Positions 60,056-64,000 of a stretch of 64,000 nt of DNA are shown in pieces (position 1 is the first letter of the stretch; each line of letters begins with the position of its first letter). Made by a program: the position numbers and the translations under genes. A model generated the notes under the pieces. That model saw only the letters and a list, made by a program, of their open reading frames with translations. It searched no databases and was not told the origin of the DNA. Origin of the DNA: Kiritimatiellia bacterium (GTDB lineage Bacteria; Verrucomicrobiota; Kiritimatiellia; RFP12; UBA1067); assembly GCA_017520845.1 (NCBI GenBank), contig JAFXEU010000005.1, positions 12,660 through 76,659 on the forward strand, read 5' to 3'.

Positions 60056-62071
60056 ATGAACGTTACTGAAACGTTGGTAAAAGAATTAAACGAATGCGCG
60101 GAGAAGCGCGATTTCGAGCGTGCCTTCAAGCTCGTGCGCGACAACAGGGCTGATCTTGAAAAGAGCGTCACCCCCGAAGGAATTAAAGATTTTTTGAAGA
60201 AGACGACTACAGACCGTCTTCTTCTTTCGTTTATCGACGGCGCGAATTTCGGCGCGGCGCCCCTCGACAAGATACTGGTCGTTCTCGAGAAGCTTCTGAG
60301 CTTCCAGGTCGGAGCGCTCGTTCTTAATGACACGTGGGGCTTAGGCACGGTTAAACGTCTCGATTACTTTTACCGCAAGATTACCGTCGACTTCAAGACG
60401 AAGCGCGGTCACCAGTTCTCCTACGACGCCGCCGTCGATATGCTCGAAGTGCCGTCCGAGAATCATGTGCTCGTCATGCGTCAGGCCGATCCCGCCGCGT
60501 TCGAGGCGATGCTTAAGGACAAGCCGGCCGATTTCGTGAAGGCCGTCCTCAAGAGTTACGGCGATATGCCCGTCACCAAGCTTGAGACGATTTGCGTCAA
60601 CAACGGCTTCGTTAAGTCCGTCAACTGGAAGAAGTTCTGGGAGACCGTCCGCGCCGAGCTCCGCAAGGATCAGCTCGTCGAGATCCCCGTCAAGCGTACC
60701 GACCCGATCCGTCTCAAGGCTTCGGTCGAGAATTACGGTGACGTCTGGCTTACGGCGTTCAGCCACGAGACCGACCCTAAGCTTATTCTCGCATCGGTTC
60801 GCGAGTTCGTCTCGCAGGGTAAGTTCAAGGATGCTGACGACGCGACAAAGGCTAAAATCAACGAGCGTCTCGCGTTCGCCGTTACGGCTGCGCGCAAGGT
60901 CGACGACGCCCTCTACGCCCGTCTCGCGGTTACGGTTACCGATCTCGGTTTTACGAATCCTCCGCTCGCCGACATGCTTGAATATCTCCGCGAACGCAAG
61001 CGTTACGTCAAGGCGGCCGCCGAGCTTCCGGCCCGCGAGGTCGGCGCCATGATCAGGCTTCTCGCTACGGACGACGAGAACAGGCTTAAGCTTTACAGGT
61101 CGCTCGATGAATTCTGCTTCACCGCCGTTACGGAGGTTGTTTCGCTTTTCGGCGCCGAGAGCGCGTGCCGCGAGACGATCGGCGAGTTTATGCGCCGTCC
61201 TAAAGCTCCCGCGACGCTTACTACGCTCATCGTCGGCAAATACGAGATGTTCAAGGACTGGACCGAGCTTCCTCAGCTCGTCACGATCCTTACCCATGCC
61301 ATCGCGCTCGGCGAAGGCCGCCAGAGCGGCGAGATTCTCAAGATGCAGAACATGGTCCGCCGCCTCTTTGCCGACGTAAAGTGGCTCGAGAAGGTTCTCT
61401 CCTGGCTCGATGAGGCCTCGAGGGTCGTGTTCTTCGAGCGCTTCCAGGCTTCCATCGCCTGGGATCATTCGACCCACCATACGATCGTCGTCAGAATGTC
61501 GCGCATCGCTCCCGAACTCGCCTCGCGCATCGTCAAGGTCGAGAAGAAGAAGGAGTACGGCCGCTTCACCAGCTACCGCAGCTTCGCGATCAGAAAAGCG
61601 GAATACCTCAAGCTTATCAACGAGGATATGCCCGCCAACGTCAAGCGCATCGAGTTCGCCAAGAGCTACGGCGATCTGAGCGAAAACGCCGAGTACCAGT
61701 ACGCCAAGGACGAGCAGCGCGCTCTCATGCAGAAGCAGTCGCTCATGCAGGCCGATCTCGAAGTCGTCAAGCCGTGGGACTTCTCCGACGCCACGACCGA
61801 CGAGGTGATGCCCGGAGTTACCGTTGTCATATCCACTCCTGACGGCGAGCGCACGTATCATATTCTCGGCGAATGGGACAACGACGTCGAAATGGGAATC
61901 CTTTCATCCAAGGCTAAGCTCGCCGAGAATATGCTCGGCAAGAAGGCCGGTGAACAGTTCGAGCTTCCCGGTTTCGACGGCGCCGCGGTTTTCGCGATGA
62001 TCGTCAGAATCGAGCCTCTGAACGAGACGATCCGCGAGTGGATAAAACTTCCCTCCGGAATGCAAATATGA
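60056..62071 (+). CDS. greA: GreA/GreB-family transcript cleavage factor with a ~520-aa N-terminal extension
   Basis: The C-terminal ~150 aa carry the GreA coiled-coil tip YGDLSENAEYQYAKDEQ and the globular domain (VMPGVTVVISTPDGERTYHILG...ILSSKAKLAENMLGKKAGEQFELPG). I recognise nothing in the preceding 520 aa. I preferred ATG 60056 (6 nt after the SD) over ATG 60050. Confidence 0.8.
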   Translation: MNVTETLVKELNECAEKRDFERAFKLVRDNRADLEKSVTPEGIKDFLKKTTTDRLLLSFIDGANFGAAPLDKILVVLEKLLSFQVGALVLNDTWGLGTVKRLDYFYRKITVDFKTKRGHQFSYDAAVDMLEVPSENHVLVMRQADPAAFEAMLKDKPADFVKAVLKSYGDMPVTKLETICVNNGFVKSVNWKKFWETVRAELRKDQLVEIPVKRTDPIRLKASVENYGDVWLTAFSHETDPKLILASVREFVSQGKFKDADDATKAKINERLAFAVTAARKVDDALYARLAVTVTDLGFTNPPLADMLEYLRERKRYVKAAAELPAREVGAMIRLLATDDENRLKLYRSLDEFCFTAVTEVVSLFGAESACRETIGEFMRRPKAPATLTTLIVGKYEMFKDWTELPQLVTILTHAIALGEGRQSGEILKMQNMVRRLFADVKWLEKVLSWLDEASRVVFFERFQASIAWDHSTHHTIVVRMSRIAPELASRIVKVEKKKEYGRFTSYRSFAIRKAEYLKLINEDMPANVKRIEFAKSYGDLSENAEYQYAKDEQRALMQKQSLMQADLEVVKPWDFSDATTDEVMPGVTVVISTPDGERTYHILGEWDNDVEMGILSSKAKLAENMLGKKAGEQFELPGFDGAAVFAMIVRIEPLNETIREWIKLPSGMQI

Positions 62072-62119
62072 TATAATCTCCCGCGTTGCGAGTTCGCGCA
62101 TTGAGAAGGAGGTACCATT

Positions 62120-62860
62120 ATGGGATTTACGATCAAGTCAATAGAGTCTAAAAAGACGAAAAAGCCGGCGGCGGCGAAGAAGTCTGCCCCTAAAACGGAC
62201 GCAAAGAAAACTGCTCCCGCCAAGAAGCCCGCGAGCGAGAAGCCCGCCGCGAAGGTCCAGGAGGCTCCCGCGGTCAAGGCCGAAGTCAAGCGCGTTCCTC
62301 CGCGCATCGTGAGAAAGGCTCCGGTTATCGCTAAAGCTCCTCCGAAGCCTATCGTTCTTACGGATACTTCGAAGGCTGTCGCGTTTGCGATGTCCATCGC
62401 TCAGGAAATGAAGCGGTCGGCCCGCAACGAGGACCAGACCCGCCGCGAAAATGAAATCCGTCTTTCCCGCAGACCTACGACCCGCGCTCAGGGTAAGAAA
62501 ACGGTTAAGTTCCCCGCGGCCGATCTCAAGGATTTCCGCAAGCGCCTTCTTGAAGCCCGCGAAGCGGCTCTTCAAGGCGCGGATGCGATGAAGGCGACCG
62601 GATTCAACGAGTCCGGCGATCACGAGGCGGACGGCGGCGACGGCACCAATCAGACATTGAGGCTTCAGGCTCTCGGTCAGATGGGCAACATCAACCGCAC
62701 AATCCAGCAGATCGAGGAGGCTCTTCACCGTATCGAAGACGGAACGTACGGCGTCTGCACCGTTTGCGGTCAGTTGATCCGTAAGCCTAGACTTCTCAAT
62801 CAGCCGTTCGTTCTGACGTGCATGGAATGTCAGAGTGAAATGGAGCGTCAGCGCGGTTAA
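62120..62860 (+). CDS. DksA/TraR-family C4 zinc-finger protein with a Lys/Ala/Pro-rich histone-H1-like N-terminal tail
   Basis: C-terminal CTVCGQLI...LTCMECQ (C4 finger) preceded by a coiled-coil region. The N-terminal ~90 aa read KKTKKPAAAKKSAPKTDAKKTAPAKKPASEKPAAKV... A strong SD, AAGGAGG, lies 7 nt upstream. Confidence 0.8.
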   Translation: MGFTIKSIESKKTKKPAAAKKSAPKTDAKKTAPAKKPASEKPAAKVQEAPAVKAEVKRVPPRIVRKAPVIAKAPPKPIVLTDTSKAVAFAMSIAQEMKRSARNEDQTRRENEIRLSRRPTTRAQGKKTVKFPAADLKDFRKRLLEAREAALQGADAMKATGFNESGDHEADGGDGTNQTLRLQALGQMGNINRTIQQIEEALHRIEDGTYGVCTVCGQLIRKPRLLNQPFVLTCMECQSEMERQRG

Positions 62861-62862
62861 CG

Positions 62863-63363
62863 ATGTACGCTTTCAAGCTGATCGTCGCGGCGCTGCATCT
62901 GCTGATCATTGACGCCTTGACCAAAGAGATGGCGATTCATTATCTTTGGAAGAGCGGCGTCGAGACCGTCTCGGTGATCCCCGGCTTCTTCAATTTGACG
63001 TATGTCGAGAACCGGGGATGCGCTTGGGGGATGTTTCAAGGTCAGGTATGGCCGCTTGCGGTCTTCGCGATTCTGGTGATGGCGCTTCTGGTCTGGCGCC
63101 GCAAGGACTTTTTTATTCTGGAAGGGCCTTCGTGGTGCGTAAAGACCAGTGTTGTCGCCGAGACGTTTCTTTATGTGGGAATCGTCGGGAATCTGATCGA
63201 CCGGCTCTGGCGCGGGTATGTTGTAGATTTTCTCGATTTTCATTGGGGCGAGGCGTATCATTTCCCCTGCTTCAACGTTGCGGATATTTTAATAACGTGC
63301 TCTGCGTTTCTTTTGATTTTCCTTTCTTTCAAGGCCCCCAGGCCCGAGAAAAATGCTGAATGA
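62863..63363 (+). CDS. lspA: Lipoprotein signal peptidase (signal peptidase II)
   Basis: FNLTYVENRGCAWGMF and VDFLDFHW...FNVADILI contain the two catalytic Asp boxes. Four TM segments. Confidence 0.9.
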   Translation: MYAFKLIVAALHLLIIDALTKEMAIHYLWKSGVETVSVIPGFFNLTYVENRGCAWGMFQGQVWPLAVFAILVMALLVWRRKDFFILEGPSWCVKTSVVAETFLYVGIVGNLIDRLWRGYVVDFLDFHWGEAYHFPCFNVADILITCSAFLLIFLSFKAPRPEKNAE

Positions 63364-64000
63364 CAGAGCGCGACGCATATATTCTTGCGGGGCCTACCGC
63401 GAGCGGTAAAAGTGCGATCGCCGCATCTCTCGCGCGTGAAATGGGCGCGAGAATTTTAAGCGCCGATTCGATGCTCGTCTATAAAGGCATGGATATCGGT
63501 ACGGCGAAGCCGCCTCGGGCCGAGATCGAAGAGTTTGGAATGGGCGGCGTGGATGTTGTGACTCCGGCCGAAGAGTTTTCTTCCGGCGCGTGGCTCAGAG
63601 CCGCGGCGAAGTGGATCAGAACGGTTCCGGAAGACGTGCCCGTCGTTATCGTCGGCGGTACGGGGCTTTATTTTTCAGCGCTTTTGCGCGGATTGGACGG
63701 AGAATGGAAAAATCCGCCGCCTGAATATCCCGTAATCAGGATCGACCGCGCCGTTGTGCGAAAGCGCATCGCGGACAGGCTTGACGATATGTTCATGGCC
63801 GGGCTGGAAGACGAAAAGCGAACTCTTCACGAGCGCTATCCCGTCTGGTCGAAAACCGCCTCTCTCGCCATCGGCTACCGCGAGGGAGACGATCGTGATA
63901 AGATCTTTATCCGCACATGTCAGCTGGCGAAACGTCAGGATACGTGGTTCCGCCATCAGTCGACTCCGCTTTACGTCGATCCGACCGTCGACGCCGTACG
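63360..64000 (+). CDS. miaA: tRNA dimethylallyltransferase, 3'-truncated by the window edge
   Basis: My own translation from ATG 63360 (ATGA overlap with the lspA stop) gives MTERDAYILAGPTASGKSAIA...ILSADSMLVYKGMDIGTAKP...VIVGGTGLYFSALLRGL. The frame stays open to nt 64000. This ORF is absent from the supplied ORF track because it has no stop in the window. Confidence 0.88.
   Translation, partial: MTERDAYILAGPTASGKSAIAASLAREMGARILSADSMLVYKGMDIGTAKPPRAEIEEFGMGGVDVVTPAEEFSSGAWLRAAAKWIRTVPEDVPVVIVGGTGLYFSALLRGLDGEWKNPPPEYPVIRIDRAVVRKRIADRLDDMFMAGLEDEKRTLHERYPVWSKTASLAIGYREGDDRDKIFIRTCQLAKRQDTWFRHQSTPLYVDPTVDAV

Noticed and set aside
60341-61861. 506-aa minus-strand ORF antisense to the long GreA-like gene
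   Set aside because: It has the same shadow-ORF character (Arg/Leu/Gly/Asp-rich), with no promoter or SD context. The + frame ends in a clear GreA domain and has a promoter and SD.

Overview
The window looks like a 64 kb chromosomal segment from a high-GC anaerobe. I infer a PVC-superphylum organism (Lentisphaerota, Kiritimatiellota or Verrucomicrobiota-like) from three clues: a DUF1559/H-X9-DG-type pseudopilin, an N-terminally extended GreA, and an Hnd-type [FeFe]-hydrogenase. I call about 55 protein genes and 5 tRNAs. All but one gene are on the + strand, and many are joined by ATGA/GTGA/TAAATG start-stop overlaps. Most of the content is housekeeping:
- Cofactor and translation genes: nadC, coaX, efp, valS, rsmA, miaA.
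- Envelope and export genes: pal, tatAC, lpxC, murD, a LysM lipoprotein, ftsW, lnt, lspA, an AsmA-like protein, a SurA-like PPIase.
- DNA and RNA metabolism: a DEDDh exonuclease, nth, dnaG, xseA, tex, a truncated RNase R.
- Metabolism: a short-form metH, an hndABCD electron-bifurcating-type [FeFe]-hydrogenase operon, hexokinase, lysA, a U32 peptidase, GH16.
- A MoxR-DUF58-BatD/DUF4381-like-BatA operon.

I found no CRISPR array, transposase, integrase or prophage genes.

The stand-out is a 2365-aa signal-peptide-bearing mosaic protein (21738-28835). It combines a CX5R tyrosine-phosphatase-family domain, an SGNH/GDSL hydrolase domain and two diverged copies of a ~320-aa glycine-rich module. Its 5' third and upstream spacer are AT-rich relative to the flanks. 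It sits immediately after the MoxR/VWA operon and ends in a strong intrinsic terminator.

Other observations worth a second look:
- An extended -10 promoter word, TGGTATAMT, recurs seven times. Several copies sit 6-10 nt from the start codon, which implies leaderless mRNAs.
- A perfect (GGGGAAC)3GGGG G-quadruplex/heptamer repeat lies inside valS.
- Two adjacent secondary-channel factors both carry unusual N-terminal extensions: a 670-aa GreA-like protein and a DksA-like protein with a histone-H1-like tail.
- A pseudopilin gene is translationally coupled to an orphan response regulator.
- A His-rich, glycine-zipper mini-ORF with no canonical start lies on the minus strand between tex and valS.

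All calls come from reading the sequence and translations by eye. No database search was run.
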